Shown here: piece by piece, positions 35,701-44,987 of the stretch
Position numbering within the stretch: the stretch's first letter is position 1
Layout of the letters: each line of letters begins with the position of its first letter
Source: Candidatus Poribacteria bacterium
GTDB taxonomy: Bacteria > Poribacteria > WGA-4E > WGA-3G
Direction of reading: 5' to 3'
Length of the DNA stretch: 64,000 nt
NCBI GenBank assembly: GCA_965197475.1
Contig: CBDANF010000003.1
Coordinates: 320,001-384,000 of the forward strand
Notes under the pieces: generated by a model
The model's database searches: none
What the model was told of the DNA's origin: nothing
The model's input: the letters and a program-made list of their open reading frames with translations, nothing else
Program-made: the position numbers and the translations under genes

Positions 35701-37515
35701 ACGAATTTCTAAAACGTTTTGCTCCCAAGCTTCAGGTATAAGAATATGATCATGTATATTATGCAGATCGCTCAACCTTTCTCCTGCGTTTAGTCCCAAT
35801 TCTAAATCACTTCTATGTGTTTTCCATTCCGTTGACTGCACGGTAACCCCTGATAAGTCTGGTGCATCTAACGCGTGACGAGCTGTGTGAATGAGATTTT
35901 CGACTGCTCCACAAGTGTTCGGGACAGGAAGTTTGAGGTGCTGTGCAAGTTGTTCGGATGAATCTTTGAGTCCCAAAACACTTTCTCTTGCTTCTGCCGC
36001 TGCTCGTTTAAGTGGCTCTCTGTCGGTAGGAGGAAAGACCTTACAAAGGCTTCCCCAAAACGGATGATTTATTGGTATGCCTATCCGCTTAAGGAGTGTC
36101 TGGAATTCTTCTGTTATCGCTAATCCTTTTCTAAATTCAGATGTTGAATGTTGAAATTTATTTGATTCTAAAGTTGGAAGTTCCTTTTCTGCAAGGGTCC
36201 GCTGCACTACTAAAAGTTCTCCATACACCTGATAAGGTGTAATACCACTTTCGCCAATTGGCTTGTTAACTGCCTCACAGTAACTGTTCAAACGCTCACG
36301 GTCACTGAGAAGAGACTCAAGTTCTTGTTTCATATCTGTTATCCGAGGTTCGCTGATATCAAGAATTCGCTTCAGTTCATCAACGACAGCTTTTTTGTTC
36401 ATCTTATGACTGTGCAGTTCCAGGCACGCGTCTCCGAGTCCTACCCCGTCTAGCTTGCGCTTGACCACTTCCAAAGCTGCCATTTTTTCTGCAACAAACA
36501 GCACCCGCTTTCCTTCTGCAATAGCTGCTGCAATCAAATTGGTGATGGTTTGGGACTTCCCAGTACCCGGTGGACCTTGAATAACGAGATTTCGTCCTTG
36601 ACTCACATCGTGGATAGCTAATGCCTGTGAACTGTCTGCATCAACTACGTGATGGGTATTGGTGGGAGTAAGGTGTTTGTCAATATTAGGTATGCCATCA
36701 TCAAGGGATGACTTTGGTTCTTGAAATCCGTTTTCGATCACTGACTGTAATACCGAATGCATAGTCAGGGCATTATCAGGCCAATTGTCAACGTCTAAAT
36801 CGTAGTGCATCAGAAACTTAGCAAATGAGAAAAAACCAAGCGCAATCACAGAATCATCAACCGACCACCGATTAAAGTTGCCAATTGCCTCGCTTACGTC
36901 TTCAAAATATTTTAGAATGTTGGACTGATTAAGGGCATCCGCTTCGGGAAGATCTGGTAATTGAATACCAAACTCGACTTTTAGTTTTTCTTGAAGAGAA
37001 AGATTCGTTCCAATCTCCTCCTCTGTGTATTGAACACGGAAATTAGCACGTACACTGGTACGACTAAGCTCTACTGGAATCAGTATTAATGGAGCACGGC
37101 GTAATGTCTCACTTGATTCAGATTCATACCACTCAAGCATACCGAGTGCAAGATAGAGTGTAGTCACTCCTTGTTCTTCAAGTGCGGTGCGCGCTGTATA
37201 ATAAGTATTCAACAAACGCTTTTGAAGTTCGTTAGATGAATGGTTTGTCTGAAGTTTGGTATCGGTATATCGATCAGGATCATATTCCTCTTCATCTTCA
37301 AACAGAAAAACGTTGTCTTCTTCAGATTCATGTCTTGGTAGGAAAGACATAGTTTTCTTATCTTGTACAAGAATCTGATAAATATCTGGTGGAGATTCAT
37401 CAACAATCTCTACGCCTCGCGCCTTAAGAAGTTTATAGTTGATCAATGGGTTACGGAAGCTTAAGTCAAGTAGTTCAGAACGTGCCTCATCTAATTTCGT
37501 TTGTACAGAATTCAT
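32767..37515 (-). CDS. DUF4011 + SF1 helicase + Vsr-like endonuclease + DUF3320 protein (Hhe-like candidate defence protein)
   Basis: LLDLS.RN.L.N (DUF4011), ADSSQ, QGPPGTGKSQT, FDEASQ, GD.KQLPPT, HYRS, NVQGDERD, RRLNV..TRA, SPFE..V, IECDG..YH....RDRD..R...L...GW...RIWSTDW. Confidence 0.88.
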   Translation of the reverse strand: MNSVQTKLDEARSELLDLSFRNPLINYKLLKARGVEIVDESPPDIYQILVQDKKTMSFLPRHESEEDNVFLFEDEEEYDPDRYTDTKLQTNHSSNELQKRLLNTYYTARTALEEQGVTTLYLALGMLEWYESESSETLRRAPLILIPVELSRTSVRANFRVQYTEEEIGTNLSLQEKLKVEFGIQLPDLPEADALNQSNILKYFEDVSEAIGNFNRWSVDDSVIALGFFSFAKFLMHYDLDVDNWPDNALTMHSVLQSVIENGFQEPKSSLDDGIPNIDKHLTPTNTHHVVDADSSQALAIHDVSQGRNLVIQGPPGTGKSQTITNLIAAAIAEGKRVLFVAEKMAALEVVKRKLDGVGLGDACLELHSHKMNKKAVVDELKRILDISEPRITDMKQELESLLSDRERLNSYCEAVNKPIGESGITPYQVYGELLVVQRTLAEKELPTLESNKFQHSTSEFRKGLAITEEFQTLLKRIGIPINHPFWGSLCKVFPPTDREPLKRAAAEARESVLGLKDSSEQLAQHLKLPVPNTCGAVENLIHTARHALDAPDLSGVTVQSTEWKTHRSDLELGLNAGERLSDLHNIHDHILIPEAWEQNVLEIRQMIAAYGDKRWRRIISLKYRRARSELTGLCSQQLPKVHDAQLRIVDAILEAQRELPHLKKIQEIGQELFGTNWQGQSSDWDQLRVIVKYLSALHESVANDKLPEVLVAYLASNPNLETLKGLLATVEEHQSNYPNLLQVVIDKIQLDEKARFGKDNGLKHLTFSEQAKIFKCWETESDSLQDMVSYNHRAEALTDSGFVEIVKVANVWQDAGECLSDILKHAWYSAKIETAMQERSVLAGFSSDTHQHIVERFKELDHRSLEYNKVKVAYEHWKHLPQYEASSGQLGLLKREFQKKRRHLPIRQLMTRTGNAIQAIKPIFMMSPLSVATFLPPNSVDFDLVVFDEASQVKPVDAFGAIVRGKQTVVVGDSKQLPPTSFFDKHIGDNTDTEDTEEDLPGDTESILGLFSAQNAPERMLRWHYRSRHPSLIAVSNYVFYKNRLIIFPSPDAAREKVGLVYHYLPDTAYDRGGSRTNLKEAQIVAEKVMEHAHSRPDLTLGVATFSTAQMQAVQDQLELLRREDSSTEQTFFNAHPEEPFFIKNLENVQGDERDVIFISVGYGRDINGKITMNFGPLNKKGGERRLNVLITRAKQRSEVFTNLTADDIDPGPTNPSGVVALKRYLKYAQTDELDIPELIGRSPDSPFEVEVADALRGCGYEIDHQIGIEGYFIDLGAKDPERPGHYLLGIECDGATYHRAQSARDRDRIRQNHLEDLGWRIHRIWSTDWFRFPDRELKKTAEAIEAAKAHIPFIHGNTPENNAHGSNEGEEEPEAKADTNANPITEPKPNSLAKKYKLAELSISTNGLDLHAVPCRTMMDWIQRVVEIESPVHINEVAKRIANAAGFKRIGNRIQNAVKFAATQAARSESIQIKETSLYETFLYWTGQEQITVRDRSELPNTSRKFKLIAPEEIQEAIKLIVSESCGIEQDDLPHATCRLFGFKKVNWDMQDEIEGIIYKMIERGELTDKAGSLVLTTVK

Positions 37516-37728
37516 CTCATATACACCATAATTTAATTGTTGAGTTAACCGTTATATTTTTACTTATTGAGACGTTAAACGCATATAAGCATATCAAAAA
37601 AGAGGGTTTTGCTCCAATCAGACGTTCCTCTTGGCAGAAATCACATATCAGAGGACTTCTGAATAACATCGTTATGCAATCCATTAAATAGAATCGTATA
37701 ACTTATAGTTGTGCCAGGCAATTATCAC

Positions 37729-38004
37729 CTACGATGATTCGATCGCGTGGAGGCGTTCAGCTAACCACAAGTTAACCAAAGTTTCCGGTAAGATACCCTG
37801 TTCCAGTGCTTGTTTTTCAATTTTTTCATAGATCTCTGGGGTAAGCGTTACACGACACTTTCGCTGCATCCGAACCTCAAAATCGACTTCATGTGTTTCA
37901 TCCCAGTGGTCAGCCAAGCTATGCGTGTCCCAATAGTCGGCTATCTCCTCCAGAGTTCGTGCCTTAGATACACTGGTAACTTGTTCGTCTTTATTTTCTT
38001 TCAT
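37729..38004 (-). CDS. CopG/BrnA-like antitoxin (orphan)
   Basis: EEIADYWDTHSLAD.WD motif plus C-terminal RHH-like segment (..A..QGI.PETLVN.WL.E). Confidence 0.75.
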   Translation of the reverse strand: MKENKDEQVTSVSKARTLEEIADYWDTHSLADHWDETHEVDFEVRMQRKCRVTLTPEIYEKIEKQALEQGILPETLVNLWLAERLHAIESS

Positions 38005-38046
38005 ACTTTATTAGACACATCCTTTCGCACATCCAAGTATAACGAT

Positions 38047-39042
38047 TTAGAGCGGAAATTCTATTGCCTGTCCCTGTTCAGAAGACATATAGAACGCCTG
38101 CATCAATTCTGTTAGATTGCGTCCATCTTGAATAGTAATCGTCATCGGTTCATCGCGGACGATAGCATTGATCCACTGCTGCAGTGGTGACGGTGGTGCT
38201 GTAGGCGCATCAGCAATGTATTTTGCTTTTTCTTCATCAGACAGTTTGCGGGTCTGGAAATGCATCTCGCCATGTCCAGCGGCAAATGAACCTTCCGTGC
38301 CGTAAATCTCAAGCATATTCGGACCGGAGCGGTGCGTCCATGCAACATCAATCACGCCGAGTGCTTTGTTTGCAAATTCCACAACAGAAACACTGTTGTC
38401 ATCAATCGGAAAGTTACCAGTGAAATTGTTTATCTTAGCGATTGCACTTTTCGGTTCACCCATCAACCAACGTATCACATCAACACGGTGGCATCCTAAA
38501 TCAAAGAGTGCGCCACCACCAGCGCGGACTGGGTCTGCGAACCAAGCACTTGTGCCACTAAACCATTTATCAAGTGCAGCGGAGTGCGCAATTCGTCCTC
38601 TACCGAACGTTATGTCACCGAGAAGTCCATCATCTATCGCTTTTTTTGCGAACAGAATCTCAGAGTTAGCTCGGGAAGGAAGCGAAATCATAAACTGGAC
38701 ACCCGCTTTTTCTACTGCCTCAATAATCGGATCACATTCTGCTACGGTGATAGCGAGAGCTTTTTCGGTGAAAATATGTTTGCCAGCTTCAGCGGCAGCA
38801 ATCATAACACGCGGATGGTCAGATGTAATCGCGTCAACAGCAACAGCATCAACATCATCGCGAGTTAAAACTTCATCAAGGTTAGTATAGAACGGGACTT
38901 TGTATTGTTCTGCAGCTGCTTTTCCGCCATATTCCTCTTCGTCCCAAATAGCGACGAGTTCGGTTTCAGGGTTTTCGTGAATGCTTTGGGCATATCCACC
39001 TGCGTGAACATGCGCCATACTAATTTTTGCAACTCTTATCAT
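38047..39042 (-). CDS. Gfo/Idh/MocA-family oxidoreductase
   Basis: H...AAEAGKHIFTEK, GGGALFDLGCH. Confidence 0.9.
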   Translation of the reverse strand: MIRVAKISMAHVHAGGYAQSIHENPETELVAIWDEEEYGGKAAAEQYKVPFYTNLDEVLTRDDVDAVAVDAITSDHPRVMIAAAEAGKHIFTEKALAITVAECDPIIEAVEKAGVQFMISLPSRANSEILFAKKAIDDGLLGDITFGRGRIAHSAALDKWFSGTSAWFADPVRAGGGALFDLGCHRVDVIRWLMGEPKSAIAKINNFTGNFPIDDNSVSVVEFANKALGVIDVAWTHRSGPNMLEIYGTEGSFAAGHGEMHFQTRKLSDEEKAKYIADAPTAPPSPLQQWINAIVRDEPMTITIQDGRNLTELMQAFYMSSEQGQAIEFPL

Positions 39043-39061
39043 TTAATTCTCCTTTAATAAA

Positions 39062-39835
39062 TTATTTTATTCCTCCGACAGAAGATCGTGTAGCGAAATG
39101 ATTCCAACCACGAAGGACCAATTGGACATTAGTGTGTCTATTTTCAGCATCAATCTGATCATCACCAGCATGCATTTGGACAAGCACACTCTTTCGCATC
39201 TTTTTTGAGCGGTTCGGCATTGAGCCGTGCAGCGTGAAGTAGCTAAAGAAAAGCACATCCCCCGGTTCCGCCTCCAATACATTAGCACCCGCAATCGGGT
39301 ACCGTTCAGTGATTTCAGCGTTCTGTCCACCACCCATCATGCCATCAGTCCGACCTAGTTCCTTATGGGAACCCGGATAAACACGTACACACCCCATCTC
39401 ATCAGTGGCATCCGACACATAGATTATCGCTGCTATCATCGAATCTTTGAAAGATGGGAAATACTGCCAATCCTGATGCATCGGAAAAGGTGAACCTTTC
39501 TCTGGCGGTTTGCAGAAAAGTTTGGAATGGTGCAGCATAATATCCGGTCCAAGGATTGCTTCGGCAGCGTTAAGGAAATTGTCTTGCTGGAACGCCTTCA
39601 TCCACACACCAGAAAAACTCTGGATATTATGTGTGTGAATAATGACAGATTCTCCGCCATCAAGTTCATCCATCAATTTACCGCCCCAACGGGCATTGAT
39701 GTTCTCATCGCTTTTAACCAACTGGTCTACCACGCGATCAAAGTCGTGTTCCATTAATTTGACCTCATCGGGTGAATAGACCCCTTTTGCGAAATAGTAT
39801 CCGTTTTCCTGAAAGAATTGTCCAATGTCTGACAT
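39062..39835 (-). CDS. Phytanoyl-CoA dioxygenase (PhyH)-family Fe/2OG enzyme
   Basis: FF.ENGY, K.P, HQD, G....PGSHK, GDVLFF...LHGS..NRS...R. Confidence 0.9.
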   Translation of the reverse strand: MSDIGQFFQENGYYFAKGVYSPDEVKLMEHDFDRVVDQLVKSDENINARWGGKLMDELDGGESVIIHTHNIQSFSGVWMKAFQQDNFLNAAEAILGPDIMLHHSKLFCKPPEKGSPFPMHQDWQYFPSFKDSMIAAIIYVSDATDEMGCVRVYPGSHKELGRTDGMMGGGQNAEITERYPIAGANVLEAEPGDVLFFSYFTLHGSMPNRSKKMRKSVLVQMHAGDDQIDAENRHTNVQLVLRGWNHFATRSSVGGIK

Positions 39836-40608
39836 TACGATTTTGTAACCTCCAAATAGAGTTCAACAAGCCAATTCGGCTTAAGATTTTCTGTGTTATT
39901 TTTCTCTTTAAGTTCTTGTTGCAATTGGTTGATTGTCCTGAATACATCAAACTTCCCATTGTTGAGAATACCGAGAAGATTTGTCTTTGGCAAAGTTTCA
40001 GAACCTATACCACAGAGTTTCGAAACATCTTCCAGGCGATTAGTAGCAATTACGAGAGTTTTTCTCATTGATTGAAGCTCGCCAAGTAATTCTACCATCT
40101 CAATTTGCCCGCGTGGGTCAAGTAGCACTAACGGTTCATCAAGCAACCACAACTGTGGATCATGTAGAAACGTTTTCGCAAACAGGAGACGTTGACGTTC
40201 TCCTGTTGATAGAACACCAATTTTGTTGTCACGTAGATGCTGAATGTCCATTAATTCAAGCACAGAATCAATTGAAGCGGTGCGCTCCTGCTTGTCTAAT
40301 TTGTATGCAGCAGCGAAAAAATTGAGGTATTGCACTACTGATAACTCTGGGTATCCTTCAAAAGCAACGGGTATATACCCGATGTGCGGACGCACCTGTT
40401 TCAAGTTTGAAAACGCATCTATCCCAGAAATAGAGACAGTGCCTGATGTCGGTTCAACTAAGGTTGCCAAAATGTTGAGTAGGAGTGTCTTTCCCGCGCC
40501 GTTTCCACCGAGCAGGACGAGGGATTCTCCAGCTGCCACCTGAAACGTGATTTCTGTGAGAAACGACTTCTTGTTGATGGATTTGCTGAGGTTTTGGACA
40601 TCAAGCAA
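39835..40608 (-). CDS. ABC transporter ATP-binding protein
   Basis: Walker A GGNGAGKT, signature LSTGE, Walker B LLDEP; TTG start with GGAG. Confidence 0.85.
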   Translation of the reverse strand: MLDVQNLSKSINKKSFLTEITFQVAAGESLVLLGGNGAGKTLLLNILATLVEPTSGTVSISGIDAFSNLKQVRPHIGYIPVAFEGYPELSVVQYLNFFAAAYKLDKQERTASIDSVLELMDIQHLRDNKIGVLSTGERQRLLFAKTFLHDPQLWLLDEPLVLLDPRGQIEMVELLGELQSMRKTLVIATNRLEDVSKLCGIGSETLPKTNLLGILNNGKFDVFRTINQLQQELKEKNNTENLKPNWLVELYLEVTKS

Positions 40609-40633
40609 TTAGATTCTCCAGTGTTGCCCTTAT

Positions 40634-40996
40634 TCATCGGGTGTCAAGACTTGTGGTTTCTGCTAATTTCTGTGCCACAAGCGCGTAGAGACTCATTCCT
40701 GCTTTAGCAGCTTCATCTGTTAAGCGGTGATAAAGCTGAGGGTCAACAGGGACATTGAACGGCACGTCATTTAATTCTCGCGCAGGCACTTTTGGAACGG
40801 GGACATTGTCCTCTTGGTAACACTCTTTCATCAACTCCCACGCTGTTTTCAATTCGATCAATGCCTGGGCAGGCGTAGGTCCGAAAGCGGAAACATTTGG
40901 AAGTTCAATAAAATGGGCAAGATAATCACCGTCTTCGTCAAGAAAAATCTTGATGGTAAATCCATCAAAATCGTCATGGTTATTCTTCATCTTCAA
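40634..40996 (-). CDS. hicB: HicB-family antitoxin
   Basis: DGDYLA...ELP...A.G.T...AL..L..A; C-terminal DNA-binding segment; overlaps hicA. Confidence 0.88.
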   Translation of the reverse strand: MKMKNNHDDFDGFTIKIFLDEDGDYLAHFIELPNVSAFGPTPAQALIELKTAWELMKECYQEDNVPVPKVPARELNDVPFNVPVDPQLYHRLTDEAAKAGMSLYALVAQKLAETTSLDTR

Positions 40997-41225
40997 TTTC
41001 CTTATTGTATTGCGTTAAAAATTGCCTGACTTGGTAACCTTTAGCCATTGACTTGTTCGGTTGAATTGATAATCTATATCCTCTGGGTGAATACCAAATC
41101 CGATGGCTACCTCGCTGTCGGCGTTGCACCCATCCAAATTGGCGCATGAGTCGTTCAAATTCAGAAAATTTCAATCCGTTTGGGTTTTGCTGCGCTTTTT
41201 CAAATAAAGCCTCTCTTCGATTCAT
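40980..41225 (-). CDS. hicA: HicA-family toxin
   Basis: F.E...L....GW...RQRGSH..., AK.YQV.Q. Confidence 0.88.
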   Translation of the reverse strand: MNRREALFEKAQQNPNGLKFSEFERLMRQFGWVQRRQRGSHRIWYSPRGYRLSIQPNKSMAKGYQVRQFLTQYNKEIEDEE

Positions 41226-41287
41226 GTTGTACCTCTAATTCTGAGGCAGAAAATGAGCATTTATATTCATCTCATATAACCAGTATC

Positions 41288-42289
41288 TTAACTGAGATCA
41301 ACCTTGATAGGTCTTCCAAGTTCGGCAGACTGCCATGCGGCTTCGGTCAATTGAATTACGCGCAACCCGTTTTCAACACCGATCGGATTTTCTGTCCTTT
41401 CGCCTCGGATCAGTTCAATGAAGGCGACATCCTTGTTACCCCCTTCTGGCAGATCAGCTTCATCAACGGGAGTAGGTTTGCCACCCTTACCTTGCCGATA
41501 GAGTTGACCCGCGCGTAGAAAGAGTGCACCGTCCTCCATCCAAATGGAGAAATCTTCTTGCACACCGCCATACGCATGTCCAACGATGCTGATATTACAC
41601 AACGCACCCGTATCAAATTTGATTGACATTGCTGTGAGGACATCTACCTCAATGTCCAAATTATCTATTATCGCGAACACTGTATCAGGACTTGCTTCCA
41701 ATACCCATAGGAGAATATCAATCAGGTGGCTGCCAGAGTCATTCAGCTGTCCACCGCCGCCGAGGAACGGGTCTTGCCGCCATTTCCCCTGTTGATTCCG
41801 ATACCAATTCTGCGATTGATGAGCTGCGACAAAGTTAACGTGCCCAAGCTCGCCACTTTGGACAACTTTACGACAGTATTGATAGGTAGGACTCAAGTGG
41901 CGTTGATAACCAATCATTAAGTGCAAGCCTGTTTCTTCAACTTTTGCCATCACCTGTTTGGCGTGGTCTACCGTGCAAACCATCGGTTTTTCGGTATGAA
42001 CGTGGCAACCAGCATCAAGTGCTGACATGATATGCTCAAAGTGGAGTCCGTGTGGTGAACTAATGACGACTGCATCGGGTTTTGCATCAGATAGCATTTC
42101 AACGTAGTCAGCGTAGGTAGGGACCGAATCGTCTAAACCTACGGTCTCTTTGAACGCTTTAAGTGCGTTTTCGCTTGGGTCGGCAAGAGCGACAATCTCT
42201 AAATCTTCAACACCAGAAACGCTACGTCCGTGCCCACGTGAGTTGCCACCACACCCGATGAATCCAAAATTTAATTTCTGTTTAGCCAT
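41288..42289 (-). CDS. Gfo/Idh/MocA-family oxidoreductase
   Basis: FIGCGG, HV.TEKP, GGGQL.DSGSH. Confidence 0.9.
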   Translation of the reverse strand: MAKQKLNFGFIGCGGNSRGHGRSVSGVEDLEIVALADPSENALKAFKETVGLDDSVPTYADYVEMLSDAKPDAVVISSPHGLHFEHIMSALDAGCHVHTEKPMVCTVDHAKQVMAKVEETGLHLMIGYQRHLSPTYQYCRKVVQSGELGHVNFVAAHQSQNWYRNQQGKWRQDPFLGGGGQLNDSGSHLIDILLWVLEASPDTVFAIIDNLDIEVDVLTAMSIKFDTGALCNISIVGHAYGGVQEDFSIWMEDGALFLRAGQLYRQGKGGKPTPVDEADLPEGGNKDVAFIELIRGERTENPIGVENGLRVIQLTEAAWQSAELGRPIKVDLS

Positions 42290-42577
42290 GCATGTTCCTC
42301 ATTCAATTCTTTTGCTTTAGGTTACCACGACCTATAAGAAAAATCAAGAAATTGTTCTGATATTTCTTACAATCGTGCAGAGCCTAATTACAATCAACAC
42401 AAAGCAGGCATAACGCCATGAAAATACGTTTTCGTTTTGAAGATTTGCTTGACATTTAGTGCGTAGGATACCATCCTAATTGATAAAAACTCATATCTAA
42501 TTATAAATTAGGGGGTTATCTCATGCAACAGCATCTTATCAGATTTACAACTATTTTTCAACTGCTTCTATTCAAAC

Positions 42578-42710
42578 GGGTGTGTATAGTTTTGACATGA
42601 ATACGCCTTCTCTTTTGTTGGAGGGGTTTTCAACCCCGATAAATCGGGCTTACAAGGTTTCCCTCTAACAAGAAAGATGACATGGTTAATGACAAAATAT
42701 TTACATACCC
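42578..42710. mobile_element. MITE-like element related to 23335..23498, with a REP-like hairpin
   Basis: gggtgtgtatagttttg ... caaaatatttacataccc imperfect TIRs; gttggaggggttttcaaccccgat inside. Confidence 0.55.
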
Positions 42711-42808
42711 CAGGACAAATGGAAGCTTGACTTGTACTATCAATATATGTTAAAATACAATTAACATATATTAATTGTTGCACATCTGCAACAATTAAGG
42801 TTAAAAAT

Positions 42809-42837
42809 TTGATATACGATTTGAAATGTGTTATAAT
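42809..42837 (+). promoter_or_regulatory. Sigma70-type promoter of the rpsF operon
   Basis: TTGATA, 17 nt, TGn-TATAAT; preceded by a perfect 12-bp inverted repeat ttaattgttgca / tgcaacaattaa (42771-42798). Confidence 0.6.
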
Positions 42838-42954
42838 TACGTAACGTTATAGATTTTAGGAACATTCTATCCGAGAGATCGAACAATATAAAAACTAATC
42901 TCTGCTCCCTGTGATTTATGCAGTGGAGCCGTGAGTCCATAGAGAGGATATAAA

Positions 42955-43371
42955 TTGAAACCGTACGAACTTATGCTTATCATCACCCCTGACCATGAGG
43001 AGAATCAAGCGGAAGCACTCATTGAAAACGTCAAGGGTATTATTGAAGGTGGCGGAAATCTTATCAATATTGATGTTTGGAGAAAGAGACGACTCGCCTA
43101 TCCGATACGGAAGCACAGTGAAGGTTATTACGTAGTTTATGTTTTTGAAAGCGAGTCAAGTTTCATTGCAGAGTTAAACCAAGCACTCCGTGTTATTGAA
43201 GCAATTCTACGACACATGATTGTGCTCTACGAAGATGACGTTGAGAAGTTGAAAGCAGCACAAGACGAAGCGGCAATGCCCGAAGTCTCGGATGCTGATA
43301 CTGCCGAAGACACAACTGAATCTGTAGAAGATTCGGCGGAATCTGTAGAAGATACTGCTGAATCTGTTTAA
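42955..43371 (+). CDS. rpsF: 30S ribosomal protein S6
   Basis: YELM.I..P, W..R.LAYPI.K..EG.Y, ILRH; acidic tail; synteny with ssb and rpsR. Confidence 0.96.
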   Translation: MKPYELMLIITPDHEENQAEALIENVKGIIEGGGNLINIDVWRKRRLAYPIRKHSEGYYVVYVFESESSFIAELNQALRVIEAILRHMIVLYEDDVEKLKAAQDEAAMPEVSDADTAEDTTESVEDSAESVEDTAESV

Positions 43372-43443
43372 AAAGACATCATCCTAAAACCTGCGAAATG
43401 GAATATGTTTTATTCCGTTACGCGCTAAAATAAGGAGCATATC

Positions 43444-43917
43444 ATGGCAAGTTATAACAAGGTCATTCTGATGGGCAATCTCACCCGCGATCCTGAGATG
43501 AAGTATCTGCCAAGCGGAACCGCTGTTGCGAATTTTGGGCTCGCTATGAGTGAACGCTACACCGATCGGCAAACTGGTGAACAGAAAGAGAATGTCTGCT
43601 TTGTTGATGTAGAAGCGTGGGACAAACAAGCCGAACTTGTAAACGAGTATCTGAGTAAAGGTAGTCCTATTTTCATTGAAGGATCTCTCAAGTTTGAATC
43701 TTGGGAGGCAGAAGATGGAACTAAGCGTAACAAACTAAAAGTAAGACTTTTCCGGTTACAATTTATCGGTGGCAGGCGAGATGACGATGAAGGCGGCGGT
43801 GGTTACGCTGAAGCTCAAACCGCATCTCCAAGGACACAAGTTCATACCGATGTCGCACCCGAACCATCAGCAGGCAAGAGCAACACATCATCAACAGAGG
43901 ATGATATTCCGTTCTAA
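43444..43917 (+). CDS. ssb: Single-stranded DNA-binding protein
   Basis: NKVILMGNLTRDPE; C-terminal DDIPF. Confidence 0.97.
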   Translation: MASYNKVILMGNLTRDPEMKYLPSGTAVANFGLAMSERYTDRQTGEQKENVCFVDVEAWDKQAELVNEYLSKGSPIFIEGSLKFESWEAEDGTKRNKLKVRLFRLQFIGGRRDDDEGGGGYAEAQTASPRTQVHTDVAPEPSAGKSNTSSTEDDIPF

Positions 43918-44188
43918 ATAAGTTAACAGGTCAATTTCATCCTAATTTAGCCTATGCGCGGCTAAATTTTGCTTCGTCACGCGGCTAAATTTCATTTTAA
44001 GTTTAAAGTTACACCATTGATCAGAGCGCGGACAAAGTGCGCCTACCAGGGTAGATGTATACTTATTTTATGTTTCTTCATAGATGATAGTAGCGTGATA
44101 CGGTATCATAACCTTTGGCATCTACCCGTATCGGTAATGTAATATAGTGTTGGAGCACCAATGTGCAGGTAGAAAGGAGTTAATTAAT

Positions 44189-44389
44189 ATGGCATATCGT
44201 CGGAGAAACCGTTTTAGTAAACTGGAATCCATAGATTACAAAGATGTGGATACGCTAAGGAAGTTTGTGAACGAACGTGGGAAGATTGTGAGTCGGCGAG
44301 TTTCTGGACTTTCGGCAAAACAACAACGAATGGTAACCCGGGCGGTTAAACGGGCGCGAAATATGGCACTCTTGCCTTTTACGCGGTAA
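44189..44389 (+). CDS. rpsR: 30S ribosomal protein S18
   Basis: IDYKD...L.KF..ERGKI..RR.SG..AKQQR....A.KRAR.MALLPF; AAGGAG RBS. Confidence 0.96.
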   Translation: MAYRRRNRFSKLESIDYKDVDTLRKFVNERGKIVSRRVSGLSAKQQRMVTRAVKRARNMALLPFTR

Positions 44390-44515
44390 ACTTTGGAGAT
44401 ATAAATTATACTGTAGCGTGGAATCAACGCCGCATACGCTTAAGGCATTCGGTGAGTTTTCCCTGAGACGACTCTGAGTCGTCTCATTGATTCTTCTGCT
44501 ATTCGGATGGATATT

Positions 44516-44965
44516 ATGGAAGTCATACTCAAAAAAAGCATAGAGGGGCTGGGAGCCTCAGGTGATGTTCTTAAAGTCGCTGATGGTTATGCACGCAATT
44601 ATCTTCTGCCAATGCAGTTAGCAGTGCATGCAACGGAGCGGGATCAGCGTCACCTTGAACATCAGAAACGTGTTATTGATCAACAAGAAACTAAAGACAG
44701 AGAACAGGCGCGTGAAATTGCATCACAGATATCTGGTGTCACATGCCATCTAACCAGACGGGCAGGCGAAAACGACCGCCTTTTCGGTTCTGTAACGCCC
44801 ACAGATATTGTTGACTCGCTGCGGACAGCAGCAAGTCTTGAACTTGATCGACGTGTTATTGAACTCACAGAACCGATTCGAGAACTCGGTGCTTTTACAG
44901 TCTCTGTAAAATTACACGCAGATGTGACAGCAGAACTACGTGTCGTTGTGGAAAGGGAAGAATAG
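44516..44965 (+). CDS. rplI: 50S ribosomal protein L9
   Basis: MEVIL.....LG..GD...V.DGYARNYL.P, LFGSVT..DI, PI..LG. Confidence 0.96.
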   Translation: MEVILKKSIEGLGASGDVLKVADGYARNYLLPMQLAVHATERDQRHLEHQKRVIDQQETKDREQAREIASQISGVTCHLTRRAGENDRLFGSVTPTDIVDSLRTAASLELDRRVIELTEPIRELGAFTVSVKLHADVTAELRVVVEREE

Positions 44966-44987
44966 CGATACCTTTACTATTAGTGTA

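Noticed and set aside
43918-44506. Possible tRNA or ncRNA in the long spacers around rpsR
   Set aside because: Only short palindromes and REP-like remnants (gcggctaaattt twice, gagacgactctgagtcgtctc); no cloverleaf or T-loop recognised.
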